Below the pieces are notes generated by a model. That model was not told the DNA's origin. It worked only from the letters and a program-made list of their open reading frames with translations, and did no database searches. A stretch of 64,000 bases of DNA, taken from NCBI GenBank assembly GCA_040414495.1, contig JBEDUI010000199.1, forward strand, positions 956 through 64,955. The letters run 5' to 3'. Position numbers and translations under genes: made by a program. Positions within the stretch are counted from its first letter, which is position 1. Each line of letters opens with the position of its first letter. Positions 19,313-28,363 of this stretch are shown piece after piece. The stretch is from Mycobacteriales bacterium. GTDB lineage: Bacteria; Actinomycetota; Actinomycetes; Mycobacteriales; QHCD01.

Positions 19313-19471
19313 GACCATGATCATGAGTAGATTTAGTACCGATTTCGGTAGCAAATCCACTCACGATCATGGTCGTAGCGCGGGTTGCTCGCGGCGGTCA
19401 CCAATCATCCGGTCCGGTTCAAGATCGTGATGCCGTACGTCAACAAAAACGCGACAAAACCCATCACGATC
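19313..19471. repeat. REP-like hairpin cluster: type B (19313-19374) plus degenerate type C (19423-19471)
   Basis: CATGATCATGAGTAGATTT...AAATCCACTCACGATCATG and GATCGTGATG...CATCACGATC, located between convergent genes. Confidence 0.85.
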
Positions 19472-19550
19472 ATCATCGACAGCGAGTTGCTCGGCTCACG
19501 ATCATCAGCCGCGAGGGCCGCCACGGTGTTCGGGAGACAACGAACGGATG

Positions 19551-20453
19551 TCAGGCGACCGGCTGCATTTCGATCGGCACCGCTGCGCCCCGGCGGTGTT
19601 CCCGGCGCCGCCGGCCGACCGTAGCCACCGCGGCCACCACGTACTCGGCCGTGGCCACCGCCATGATCGCAAAGCTGGCCGGCAACTGCGGCACGCCGTA
19701 CGACAGGCACAACCCGATCCACATGGCCGCGACCGACAGCAACCCGGACAGTCCCAGCGCCCGCCACGGCCGGTCGGTCAGCCGCTGCGCCGCCGCGGCC
19801 GGCGCTGCCAAGAGTCCGAACAGCAGCATCGCCCCAACCGCCTGGCTGGCCTCGGCCGCGCTGGCCCCGACGATGCCCAGGAACAGCGGACCGAGCAGCC
19901 GTACCGGTACACCCCGCGCCGCCGCGACCGCCGGGTCAAGGCTGGCGAACAGCAACGGACGCGCGATCACCAGCAGCAACACGATCAACGCGGCGGCGAT
20001 GATCGCAGCCGTACGGGCAAAGCTGGCGGACAGTCCGTAGATCGACCCGAACAGGACGTTGACGTTGGCCGCGCCATTGTCCGTACTGCCATGGGTCGTA
20101 TACAGCGCCAGGAAAAACACGCCGAGACCGAGCACCCAGGCGAACGTCGTACCGATCACGACATCGTCGGCCGTACCGCGCCCACCGAGCAGCCCCAGCG
20201 CCACCCCGACCACGATCGTCGCCGCGAACAACCCGAGCCGCAGATCCACGCCGGCGGCCAATGCGGCCAGCGCGCCGGTGTACGCCACGTGCGAGAGCGC
20301 GTCGCCGGCGAACACCTGACCGCGCAGCACCACGAAGTACCCGACCAACCCGGACAGCAACGCGATGGCCGTACCGGCCAGGAACGCATGCTGGATGAAC
20401 GGATGCGAGAGCATGTTGCCCACGCCGGTAATCGGGTCGGACGCCTGCATCAT
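19551..20453 (-). CDS. Zn/Mn ABC transporter permease
   Basis: VGYFVVLRGQVFAGDALSHVA, VLFGSI and AAARGVPVR. Confidence 0.93.
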   Translation of the reverse strand: MMQASDPITGVGNMLSHPFIQHAFLAGTAIALLSGLVGYFVVLRGQVFAGDALSHVAYTGALAALAAGVDLRLGLFAATIVVGVALGLLGGRGTADDVVIGTTFAWVLGLGVFFLALYTTHGSTDNGAANVNVLFGSIYGLSASFARTAAIIAAALIVLLLVIARPLLFASLDPAVAAARGVPVRLLGPLFLGIVGASAAEASQAVGAMLLFGLLAAPAAAAQRLTDRPWRALGLSGLLSVAAMWIGLCLSYGVPQLPASFAIMAVATAEYVVAAVATVGRRRREHRRGAAVPIEMQPVA

Positions 20454-21349
20454 GCGGCACCTCCGGCCAGGGCCGGCCGAACCCGCCAGCGATCCAGCGC
20501 GTACCGGTACGCACTGGCCAGCAGATACGCGCCGAACGCCAACGTGGTCACCCAGAAGCCGATCGGGTACGGGGAGAAGAACGCGATCGCCTCACCGATC
20601 CAGGTCACCAGCAGCGCCACCACGACCGACGTGATCAGCCCGGAGACCGGGCGCGCGGTGAGCCGGCTCGCGGTCGCCGCCGGAGCGACGAGCAGTGCGA
20701 AGACCAGCAGGCTTCCGGTGACCTGACTGGTACCGGCGGCAGCGACGCCGAGCAGCACGAGAAACGCGGCGCTGACCAACCGCACCGGCACGCCCCGGGC
20801 CCGCGCCACCGTCGGGTCGACGCTGGTGAACAGCAACGGCCGACCCAGCACCGCCAACACCACCAGGCACCCGACGCCGGCCACCAGAAGCACGATCACC
20901 TGATCGTCGGTGACGCCGGTAATCGTGCCGAACAGCAGGCCGTTCAAGCCGGACAGAAAACCCTTGTACAGGCTGACGAACAGAAATCCGCAGGCCAACG
21001 CGAAGGCCTGCACCGTACCGATGACAGCGGATTCCTCGCCGTACCCTCCGACGCCGCCGGTACGACCCGTCGCCGGCAAGGCCGCGATCACCAGCGCGCC
21101 GGCGATACAGAATCCGAAGTACCCAAAGCCGGCGTTGATGCCGAGCCAGGTCGCGGCCGCGGCGCCGGGAAATCCGATCACCGCGAGGGTGTGGCCGGCG
21201 AAGCTCTCCCGCCGCAGCACCATGAAATAGCCGATCGCGCCGGCGACCACGGCCACGATCGTGCCGGCCCGTAAGGCGTTGAGCATGAAATGAAAGCTGA
21301 GCAGCTGGCGGACATCGTCGACCAGATTCCAGGTCAGGCCGGTATTCAT
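20450..21349 (-). CDS. Zn/Mn ABC transporter permease (second subunit)
   Basis: IGYFMVLRRESFAGHTLAVIGFPG, LLFGTI and ARARGVPVR. Confidence 0.93.
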   Translation of the reverse strand: MNTGLTWNLVDDVRQLLSFHFMLNALRAGTIVAVVAGAIGYFMVLRRESFAGHTLAVIGFPGAAAATWLGINAGFGYFGFCIAGALVIAALPATGRTGGVGGYGEESAVIGTVQAFALACGFLFVSLYKGFLSGLNGLLFGTITGVTDDQVIVLLVAGVGCLVVLAVLGRPLLFTSVDPTVARARGVPVRLVSAAFLVLLGVAAAGTSQVTGSLLVFALLVAPAATASRLTARPVSGLITSVVVALLVTWIGEAIAFFSPYPIGFWVTTLAFGAYLLASAYRYALDRWRVRPALAGGAA

Positions 21350-21356
21350 GCGGCCC

Positions 21357-22226
21357 TCATGGCCTATGTTCGGGCGGGCTGTCCGGTTGCCCGACGACGA
21401 CCAGCCGACCCTCCCGGTCACGCAGCACGTCGATCGGCGTGCCGTACAGCATGGTCAGCGTGTCCGCGGTGATGACCTCGTCCGGCGGACCCATCACGGC
21501 ACCGCCGTGGGCGAGGTAGATCACCTGGTCCAGCGAGGGCAGGATCGGGTTCACGTCGTGCGCGACCAGGAGCACAGCGACGTTCTGGCTACGGCAGACG
21601 GAATGGATCAGCCCGCTGACCGCGGCCTGGTTGGTGACGTCGAGGCTGTCCAACGGTTCGTCGAGCACCAGCAGGTCGGGTCGGCGAACCAACGCCTGGG
21701 CGATCAACAACCGCTGCTGCTCACCGCCCGAACACTGACCGATGGGCCGGTGCGCGTACGCCTGGGCGCCGACCAGTTCGATCACCTCGCGGATCCGCTC
21801 GTCGGCGGCCTTGGCCCGCTTGCCGCGCAGTCGGCCCGGCAGCGGAATCCCCCACCGGTCGCCGTCCCAGCCCAGCCGCACGATATCGACACCACGAATA
21901 CGGGTGGACGGGTCGAATGCCCGGCGTTGCGGCAGATACCCGACGCGCGCGTTGTGCCGGCCAGGCCGGCCGTCCAACACTCGCACCTCACCGGCGGTAA
22001 TCGGCTGCAGGCCCAGAATCGCCTTGAGCAACGTTGATTTGCCGACACCGTTAGGCCCGAGCACCGCTACGAATTCGCCGGCTCGGACCTGCAGGCTGAC
22101 CTCGGACCAGATCCTGCGGCCGCCGACGCTGGTGGCAGCGCGGTCCAACCAGACCACAACGGGTGCGGTTCCCGTTTCCGATACGGTCGTGGCCGGGCTC
22201 GCAGTGGTGGATTCGTCGCGGATCAT
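21357..22226 (-). CDS. Zn/Mn ABC transporter ATP-binding protein
   Basis: GPNGVGKST, GYLPQR, CSGGEQQR and LDEP; ATGA overlap with the SBP gene. Confidence 0.95.
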   Translation of the reverse strand: MIRDESTTASPATTVSETGTAPVVVWLDRAATSVGGRRIWSEVSLQVRAGEFVAVLGPNGVGKSTLLKAILGLQPITAGEVRVLDGRPGRHNARVGYLPQRRAFDPSTRIRGVDIVRLGWDGDRWGIPLPGRLRGKRAKAADERIREVIELVGAQAYAHRPIGQCSGGEQQRLLIAQALVRRPDLLVLDEPLDSLDVTNQAAVSGLIHSVCRSQNVAVLLVAHDVNPILPSLDQVIYLAHGGAVMGPPDEVITADTLTMLYGTPIDVLRDREGRLVVVGQPDSPPEHRP

Positions 22227-23143
22227 TTGCCGGTTGCCTTGTGCAACGCGCTTTGCAGCGCGGTCAATTGAGTGCTCTGCCACTGTTGGAAGGACGCACC
22301 CTCGGGCGACAAGGTCTCGGTCACCGTTGACACCGGGATGCCTGCCTTCTTTGCGGCCTTCACCTGCGCGGACACGTCAGGCGTGGAGTTCTGACTGTTG
22401 AAAACGTACACCTTAATCTGCTTATCGGTGATCTGCCGGTCGATAGTCGCCTTGTCCGCGGCGGACGGGTCGGTGCCCTCGCTGATGTCCTTCAGAAATG
22501 CCGGCGGGGTGACCAGTTTCAGGCCGAGCGCATCGGAAAGCGGCGCGAAGATACTTTCGCTGGCGCCGACCGGGGTACCGGCGTACTTGGCCTTGATGGT
22601 GGCGATAAGTTTGTGATACCGGGCCAGGCCGTTCGTTTCGAAGGCCTTGCGCTGCTTGTCGAAGTACGCTGAATCGCCCGGATCGGCCTTTTTCAGGTCA
22701 GCGGTGATCGCGTCGGCGATCTTCTCCACATCGGACGGTGAGTACCACCGGTGCGGGTTGCCGTTGTCCGGTACGCCAACCAGCTTGCCTACGTTCAGCA
22801 CCTCGCGGCCCGAGTCGGGGTTGGCCGCCACCGTCTTGTCCGCCCAGGAGTCGTAACCGATACCGTTCTCGACAAAGACCTTGCTCGCGGCAATCGTCCG
22901 GGCGTCGGCCGGAGTGGGTTCGTAGTCATGCGGGTCGGTCGCCGGATTGGTGATGATCGACGTCTCCTTGACGTGCGAGCCGCCCAACTGCCGCAGGATG
23001 CTCCCCCACGCGTTGATGCTCGCCGCGACGTTGATCACCGATCCGTCGCCTGTGCTTTGCGCCGATGATGCGGTGCTGCATGCGGCCGCGGTCAGGGCAA
23101 CCGCGGTCAGCACGGCCGGCGCGGTCAGGGCGCGACGAAACAT
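22223..23143 (-). CDS. Zinc ABC transporter substrate-binding lipoprotein (ZnuA-like)
   Basis: Lipobox AAAC, DPHDYEPTP, NGIGYD and NPHRWY. Confidence 0.93.
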   Translation of the reverse strand: MFRRALTAPAVLTAVALTAAACSTASSAQSTGDGSVINVAASINAWGSILRQLGGSHVKETSIITNPATDPHDYEPTPADARTIAASKVFVENGIGYDSWADKTVAANPDSGREVLNVGKLVGVPDNGNPHRWYSPSDVEKIADAITADLKKADPGDSAYFDKQRKAFETNGLARYHKLIATIKAKYAGTPVGASESIFAPLSDALGLKLVTPPAFLKDISEGTDPSAADKATIDRQITDKQIKVYVFNSQNSTPDVSAQVKAAKKAGIPVSTVTETLSPEGASFQQWQSTQLTALQSALHKATGK

Positions 23144-23225
23144 CAAAGAATCTCCCGCACAGATGGAAACGACGAATGCCGTGCGCGGGCACACGTGCCC
23201 CGCAACGTGCCGTTAGCTAACACCA

Positions 23226-23246
23226 TAATGGAACCCGTTGTCAACA
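23226..23246. promoter_or_regulatory. Putative Zur box upstream of the Zn ABC operon
   Basis: TAATGGAACC-C-GTTGTCAACA, an imperfect 10-1-10 palindrome resembling actinobacterial Zur sites. Confidence 0.75.
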
Positions 23247-23367
23247 AGGGCAATCAGTCAGACGTAATCGGCCGCCCGCACGCAGCGACTCGGGCAGCCA
23301 TCCGGGCAATCCAACAAACTCCCCGATGGGCACCTATCGGCCGCACATCAACAACAATCCGAAACCG

Positions 23368-23388
23368 TATTGACAACGGTTACCGAAA
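23368..23388. promoter_or_regulatory. Putative Zur box upstream of the SCO5389-family gene
   Basis: TATTGACAAC-G-GTTACCGAAA, overlapping a TTGACA -35 hexamer. Confidence 0.65.
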
Positions 23389-23450
23389 CGGACAGTGTGA
23401 TTACGGCCCGTACCGAGAGTTCCTTGGTACGAAATAGCTGGAGGTGTTTG

Positions 23451-23843
23451 GTGTCCCTGACCGTCTCCCCGCAACTGATCGACGACGCCCGCTGCGATGC
23501 GGTATCCGATGAGAGCTTTGTCGAGTGTGTACGGACGTCGCTCCCCTATGCCTACGAGCTGATCGCGCGCCTCACCGCCGAGTTCCGCGGCGGCGACCAA
23601 CCGTTCACCGATAACCAGGTGCCACCGCCGGATGAGGCGGCCCGCGGTCAGCTGCTGCGCGCTCTTTCCAGCAACGCGATCCGGGGCGCGTTCGAACGAC
23701 ACTTCGACATAACACTGGCGTTCCAGAACTGCCACCGCGTTGCCGTCTTCGGTGCGCATGCGGAGGCAACTGCCGAATACGCGGAGTTCGTCTCGCTACG
23801 GGGCCAGGTGCTGAACCAGCGCCCGGAGTTCGTCAACTGCTGA
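23451..23843 (+). CDS. SCO5389 family protein (unknown function)
   Basis: MSLTVSPQL...FVECVRTSLPYAY...PPPDEAARGQLLRA...LAFQNCHRVAVF...QVLNQRPEFVNC. GGAGG precedes GTG 23451. Confidence 0.8.
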   Translation: MSLTVSPQLIDDARCDAVSDESFVECVRTSLPYAYELIARLTAEFRGGDQPFTDNQVPPPDEAARGQLLRALSSNAIRGAFERHFDITLAFQNCHRVAVFGAHAEATAEYAEFVSLRGQVLNQRPEFVNC

Positions 23844-24073
23844 ACGACCGGCCCGGGCAGCCACCCTGCGACCGGGCCCATACCCCACCTGACCTGCGGG
23901 TTTGTCCTATCGGGACGGTCGCTCCGGGCTCGTAACAAGGCGTGCTTGAAAGGCCGCGAGACCGGACGCCTACCATTTGCGCTGGCACAGCATCCACGGT
24001 CCACACGACACAGCGCCGACTCGGGGAACGCACCATTGCCGGCGCGCCACACCGGGCTGACGGCGCCGTGCTG

Positions 24074-24094
24074 ATATGGTAACCGTACCCAATA
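24074..24094. promoter_or_regulatory. Putative Zur box upstream of the HU gene
   Basis: ATATGGTAAC-C-GTACCCAATA, overlapping a TATGGT -10-like hexamer. Confidence 0.6.
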
Positions 24095-24121
24095 GGGGCT
24101 TCGAAGCAGAGCAGGAGACCG

Positions 24122-24397
24122 ATGAATCGTCAGCAGCTCATCACCGATGTGGCCCAGCGGGCCGATGTGCCGGCCAGCCAGGTTGCGCAGGTGCTCGACG
24201 CCATCCGAGACAGCATCGCCTCGGCCGTCGCCGAGGGCGACAAGGTCACCGTGCCGGGTTTCGTCACTGTCGAGCGTGGCCACCGCGCCGCCCGCACCGG
24301 CCGTAACCCGCAGACCGGCGAGGCGATGGAGATCCCGGCCGCGTACACCGTGAAGATCAGCGCAGGATCGGCGTTGAAGAGCGCGGTCAAGCAGTAA
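24122..24397 (+). CDS. HU family DNA-binding protein
   Basis: MNRQQLITDVA...GDKVTVPGF...RAARTGRNPQTGEAMEIPA...VKISAGSALKSAV; RBS AGGAG. Confidence 0.95.
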   Translation: MNRQQLITDVAQRADVPASQVAQVLDAIRDSIASAVAEGDKVTVPGFVTVERGHRAARTGRNPQTGEAMEIPAAYTVKISAGSALKSAVKQ

Positions 24398-24411
24398 GCA
24401 AAAGCAGCGTG

Positions 24412-24444
24412 AAACGGCCCGCCGGTAACTCCGGCGGGCCGTTT
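24412..24444. terminator. Intrinsic terminator after HU
   Basis: Perfect 14-bp stem AAACGGCCCGCCGG/CCGGCGGGCCGTTT. Confidence 0.85.
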
Positions 24445-24600
24445 GGCTTATCTGGAGGCTTGTCCACCGGAATACGCGGGTGAAACGGCGGTCGCGAGAA
24501 TGCGCGCTGACGGCCGGAAACGGCTGTCGCGACCCGGTCCGCGACCCGGTTCAGCTGCTAAAGTTAAAGGCATATCGCGCAGAAATTGCAGGGCCGCAGT

Positions 24601-25131
24601 ATGCCGCGGTCATGGTTTTCAGCGGCCGTCCGTACTGTCGAGGGAGTAACACTGAACACCACCGAATCGCGTTCTGGTCGGCGGTCGGCGACGGCACAGG
24701 ATCGGCGTACCGCAGAGCCGGAAAAGCTCGGCGAACGGGCAACATGGCAAAAGCGGGCACTGGCCTCGGCGCTCGCTGAGACCGACACATTCCGTAGCGC
24801 CCAGGACATTCACGCCGAGTTGCGCAGCCGCGGCGACCGGATCGGGCTGACCACTGTCTACAACCAGCTGCGGGCCATGTCGACGGCCGGCACGGTCGAC
24901 GTCATGCGGGCCGAGGACGGCGAGACGCTGTATCGCCGCTGCACCACCGAAAAGCATCACCATCATCTGCTATGCCGGCACTGCGGTAAGACGGTCGAGA
25001 TCGACGCACCCGACATCGAGGCCTGGGCGACCAAGACCGCACGCGCCCGGCATTACACCGACGTCACGCACACCATCGAGATCGTCGGCACCTGCGCCTC
25101 GTGCGGCCGCAAGCAGCGTTCAGCCGAGTGA
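24601..25131 (+). CDS. zur: Fur family repressor, Zur/FurB type
   Basis: FRSAQDIHAELR, IGLTTVY, HHHHLLCRHCG and GTCASC, in a zinc-uptake context. Start is uncertain (ATG 24601, or CTG 24652 after GGGAG). Confidence 0.88.
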   Translation: MPRSWFSAAVRTVEGVTLNTTESRSGRRSATAQDRRTAEPEKLGERATWQKRALASALAETDTFRSAQDIHAELRSRGDRIGLTTVYNQLRAMSTAGTVDVMRAEDGETLYRRCTTEKHHHHLLCRHCGKTVEIDAPDIEAWATKTARARHYTDVTHTIEIVGTCASCGRKQRSAE

Positions 25132-25305
25132 CTTATTGCGGCCGGCCAGTGGGGCCGAACCTCCGGTAGGCCTGCACCAACCGCGGCGGAACCAACATGC
25201 GCTGGCCGTTCACCACAACCGGGACCAGGTCCGGTGTGGACGCTTTCCAGTGCGCTCGCCGGGAACGCGACTTACTGCGCGATTTTCTCCTTTTCGGAAC
25301 AGCCA

Positions 25306-25563
25306 TCAGTCCCTCCCGTTGCGATTTCCGTACCGGCGGCGGAATTTCTCCACCCGCCCGGCCGTGTCGACCACCCGCTGCGCCCCCGTCCAGAACGGGT
25401 GCGAGTCAGAGGTGATCTCCGCGCGGATCAGTGGGTACGTATTGCCGTCGGTCCATTCGATCGTCTGCGCCGATGTGGCCGTGGACCGGGTCAGAAATGC
25501 CGTCCCCGTCGAGGAATCCTGAAAAACAACCGGGTGATAGTCAGGGTGAATGTCGCGTTTCAC
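25306..25563 (-). CDS. rpmE2: 50S ribosomal protein L31 type B (Zn-independent)
   Basis: [16 protein letters not shown]...[18 protein letters not shown]...[14 protein letters not shown], with no cysteines. Confidence 0.95.
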   Translation of the reverse strand: MKRDIHPDYHPVVFQDSSTGTAFLTRSTATSAQTIEWTDGNTYPLIRAEITSDSHPFWTGAQRVVDTAGRVEKFRRRYGNRNGRD

Positions 25564-26075
25564 GGCTTTTCTCTTCTCTGTTGCGCGGTCTGTTCCGGTA
25601 CGTCGGAATATGGTTCGGTGGGCCAGCAGGCGAACGGATCGTCGTATTCGCGCCATACGTCATCACCGGCCGACATTTCGGCATCGGTGAGTCGCGCGCA
25701 GTGCAGCACATCGGAGACCTCCCCGGAGGGCAGCTCATGTGAGATTACGACGATCTCCTGTCGACGATCCCCGTAATACGAGTCCCAGTCCAGTGCCGCC
25801 ATTGCCCGCCTGGCCAGGGTCGACGCGGTCCCGAGAGCCAGCGTGGCCGAGCAGCCCGACCAACGCGTTGGCTTCCGGCGATGTCGACCCGACAAACGCC
25901 AACTCCGGCCGACTCGCAATCAAGAACCCGCCACGGGCTCGCGACACCGAGCCGGTCAACAGCGCAGGACGGGCACGATCGGCGCCGTGCCCGGAAGGCT
26001 CTGCGGGAAGTCTGCCGCGACCGGCCGCGTTATCTCCCTTGCCAACCCGGCCGCCAGCACAACCGGCGTTCGTAC
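25560..26075 (-). pseudogene. Collapsed MRF/Rv0106-like (CobW/COG0523) GTPase remnant
   Basis: The N-terminal RTPVVLAAG begins at a GTA codon (26075). A LIASRPE fragment and the C-terminal WDSYYGDRRQEIVV...ARLTDAEM...WREYDDPF lie in different frames within about 0.5 kb, and the stop overlaps the rpmE2 start. Confidence 0.75.
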
Positions 26076-26259
26076 GCTCTTCGTCTTGACCACCTGATCT
26101 CTCGTCCGCTTGACGTCGCTAGTACCCTTATGTGCAACCATAACCGATACCGTTAAACAAGGCCGCCACTCGGACTGACCGTCGGCGAAAGAAATCGAGA
26201 CCAGAGACCGTTATGGGATTGACGCCGTAATGGCGGACATGCGCAGGAAAGGACAGATG

Positions 26260-26424
26260 ATGGCAGCAACCGATATCCGACCGGTGATCAAGCTCCGGTC
26301 GACCGCCGGCACCGACTACACGTACGTCACGCGCAAGAACCGGCGCAATGACCCGGATCGTCTGGTGCTGCGCAAGTACGACCCGATCGCCAAGGCGCAC
26401 GTAGAGTTCCGCGAGGAGCGATAA
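26260..26424 (+). CDS. rpmG: 50S ribosomal protein L33 (Zn-independent, Cys-free)
   Basis: [38 protein letters not shown]...HVEFREER. Confidence 0.96.
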   Translation: MAATDIRPVIKLRSTAGTDYTYVTRKNRRNDPDRLVLRKYDPIAKAHVEFREER

Positions 26425-26440
26425 GCACGTGCAAGAAACG

Positions 26441-26475
26441 AACAGCGCCGCCTGACCGCGGCGCTGTTTTTGTTT
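26441..26475 (+). terminator. Intrinsic terminator after rpmG
   Basis: 11-bp stem AACAGCGCCGC/GCGGCGCTGTT followed by a T-rich tract. Confidence 0.85.
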
Positions 26476-26530
26476 CTGTAGGGCACTCCGGCTAGCGCTG
26501 AACGATGCCCCCCGCGTCTCGTTCGCCCGC

Positions 26531-26589
26531 ACCATGATCGTGAGTAGATTTGCTACCGAATTCGGGGGCAGATCCACTCACGATCAGGT
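26531..26589. repeat. REP-like hairpin, type B
   Basis: ACCATGATCGTGAGTAGATTTGC...GCAGATCCACTCACGATCA. Confidence 0.85.
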
Positions 26590-26627
26590 CGGCGCGGCGA
26601 GCGGGCAGCTGGCGGAGCGGGGCGACC

Positions 26628-26710
26628 GCCCTTGTTGCAGCGAGCGTGACAGCAGGGTTGTTTCACGGCCGGCGCAACGACCCAGGTGTCACGCTCGCTG
26701 CAACAAGGGC
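26628..26710. repeat. Long hairpin with 24-bp perfect inverted repeat
   Basis: GCCCTTGTTGCAGCGAGCGTGACA (26628-26651) and its exact reverse complement (26687-26710). Confidence 0.9.
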
Positions 26711-26719
26711 TGCGCATGG

Positions 26720-26854
26720 TCGGCGGGATGAGCGGTAGCTGAAGGGTCGGGGCCCGTGTCGCGATCGCCGGCGTGAACAGGCAGCTGAAGGGTCGGGCCC
26801 GTGTCGCGATCGGCGGGATGAGCGGCAGCTGAAGAGTCGAGACCTGTGCCGCGG
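26720..26854. repeat. Tandem repeat, 3 x 45 bp (imperfect)
   Basis: Units start at 26720, 26765 and 26810; consensus is approximately TCGGCGGGATGAGCGGCAGCTGAAGGGTCGGGCCCGTGTCGCGA. Confidence 0.85.
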
Positions 26855-26904
26855 TCAGTCGGGATCGACGAGCCGCTCGCCCGTCGGGACCGTCCGACCA
26901 GGGG

Positions 26905-27768
26905 TCAGCGACGACGCGCGGCAGCCAGGCCATCGGTCATGAACCGCTGAGCATGCGCGGCCAGATCGGCGCTGTCGTCCCACAGATCCCGCCAGATCGC
27001 CAGGTCGCTGAGCAGAGCCGTATCGCCGATCGTCGAAGAGAAGCTCTCGAACGTCACCGCCCCGGCGTACCCGACATCAACCAATGCGTGAAAGAACGCC
27101 GGGAAATCCAGGTGACCGGATCCGAGATATCCGCGTTGGTTCTCGCCGATGTGCACGTACCCAAGCCGGTCGCCGACCTCGTGCACCGGCCGAACGAAAT
27201 CGTCCTCTTCGATATTCATGTGGTAGCTATCCAAATGCACCACGACGTTGGAGGCCCCCATGTCCTCGACCATCGCCAACGCCTGCCGGGCCGTATTCAC
27301 CACGTTGGTTTCGTAGCGGTTGCAGGCCTCCAGGCCCAGCGTGACGCCAACCCGCGCGGCTTCGGCGGCGATATCGGTCAGCGCCGCGACCGCATTGGCC
27401 CGACCTTTAGCGGTGACCGGCCGCGGGAATTTGCCGAATGCGCTATAGAGCGCACCGGTCAGCAGCCGACCGCCGAGTTCATCGGTGATCCGCACCGACC
27501 GGGCCAGCAACTCGACGCCGCGTTGCACCACATCCGGATCGTCACTGGACACGTCGGCGTCGGCCAGCAGTCCGCGCGAACACGTCACGGTCAGGCCGGC
27601 GTCGGCCGCAGCTTTACGGGCATGGGCCGTGTCGAACGCTTTGCCTTCCTGCAGGGAGAATTCCAGCACGTCGTACCCGGCCGCGCGCGTCCCGGCGACC
27701 GTCCGTTCCACCGCCTCCGGCGAGGTGTCCCCGGTCCAAACGAAAGCGTGCACCCCAAGGGCGTTCAT
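26905..27768 (-). CDS. Sugar epimerase, D-psicose/D-tagatose 3-epimerase family
   Basis: LEACNRYETNVVNT, HLDSYHMNIEE, HIGENQRG and FESFS. Confidence 0.9.
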   Translation of the reverse strand: MNALGVHAFVWTGDTSPEAVERTVAGTRAAGYDVLEFSLQEGKAFDTAHARKAAADAGLTVTCSRGLLADADVSSDDPDVVQRGVELLARSVRITDELGGRLLTGALYSAFGKFPRPVTAKGRANAVAALTDIAAEAARVGVTLGLEACNRYETNVVNTARQALAMVEDMGASNVVVHLDSYHMNIEEDDFVRPVHEVGDRLGYVHIGENQRGYLGSGHLDFPAFFHALVDVGYAGAVTFESFSSTIGDTALLSDLAIWRDLWDDSADLAAHAQRFMTDGLAAARRR

Positions 27769-27867
27769 CGGCGGCCTCCCGGCGCGAAGGGTACGAATCC
27801 TTTGCTTCGTACGCTTTCATACGCCCGCAGGCGAATACGCCGCCAGAAGACGGCCAGCACCGGCAGT

Positions 27868-28299
27868 TCAGCCGGCCTGGTTCTCCCCGACCTGGCTCTC
27901 GCAGTGCTTCTTCAGGCTGGCGCCTTCGGTATCGACGTACTGGCGGATCCGTTTTCCGCTGATCAACGACAGCAGCGGCGCGAGCGGACCGGTCAGGTCA
28001 ATGGTCAGCCGCACGCTGGATTTCGGGTCGATGTAATGGCCGGCCACGATGCGGAATCCGGCGCCCTTGGTCTGCCAGACGAACGAGCGGCCGGGCTCGG
28101 ATTCGGTTACCTGCCAGATCATCGCGTTCATCTTGGGCTGCTTGACCCGGGCCTTGCTGCCGAGCTCGAACGGCTTGTCCTCGAGCAGCCGGACTTCCTC
28201 GATCGTCGGCGTCCACTGTGGCCAATGGACAACGTCGTCGAGCACCGTCCACACCCGCTCGGCCGGCGCATCGATATCGACCGAAACCTCGTAGTGCAT
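27868..28299 (-). CDS. SRPBCC family protein
   Basis: VSVDIDAPAERVWTVLDDVVHWPQWTP. Confidence 0.88.
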   Translation of the reverse strand: MHYEVSVDIDAPAERVWTVLDDVVHWPQWTPTIEEVRLLEDKPFELGSKARVKQPKMNAMIWQVTESEPGRSFVWQTKGAGFRIVAGHYIDPKSSVRLTIDLTGPLAPLLSLISGKRIRQYVDTEGASLKKHCESQVGENQAG

Positions 28300-28363
28300 C
28301 GATCCTCCTCACGACGACCCGTACGTACCAGATGGTACATGCCGGGTGGGCCGCCCTGAGCGG

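Noticed and set aside
26720..26854. 45-bp repeats as a mini CRISPR array
   Set aside because: The units are contiguous with no unique spacers, and no cas genes are present.
27786..27818. Inverted repeat GTACGAA/TTCGTAC upstream of the epimerase
   Set aside because: Short single occurrence; it could be an operator but cannot be assigned.
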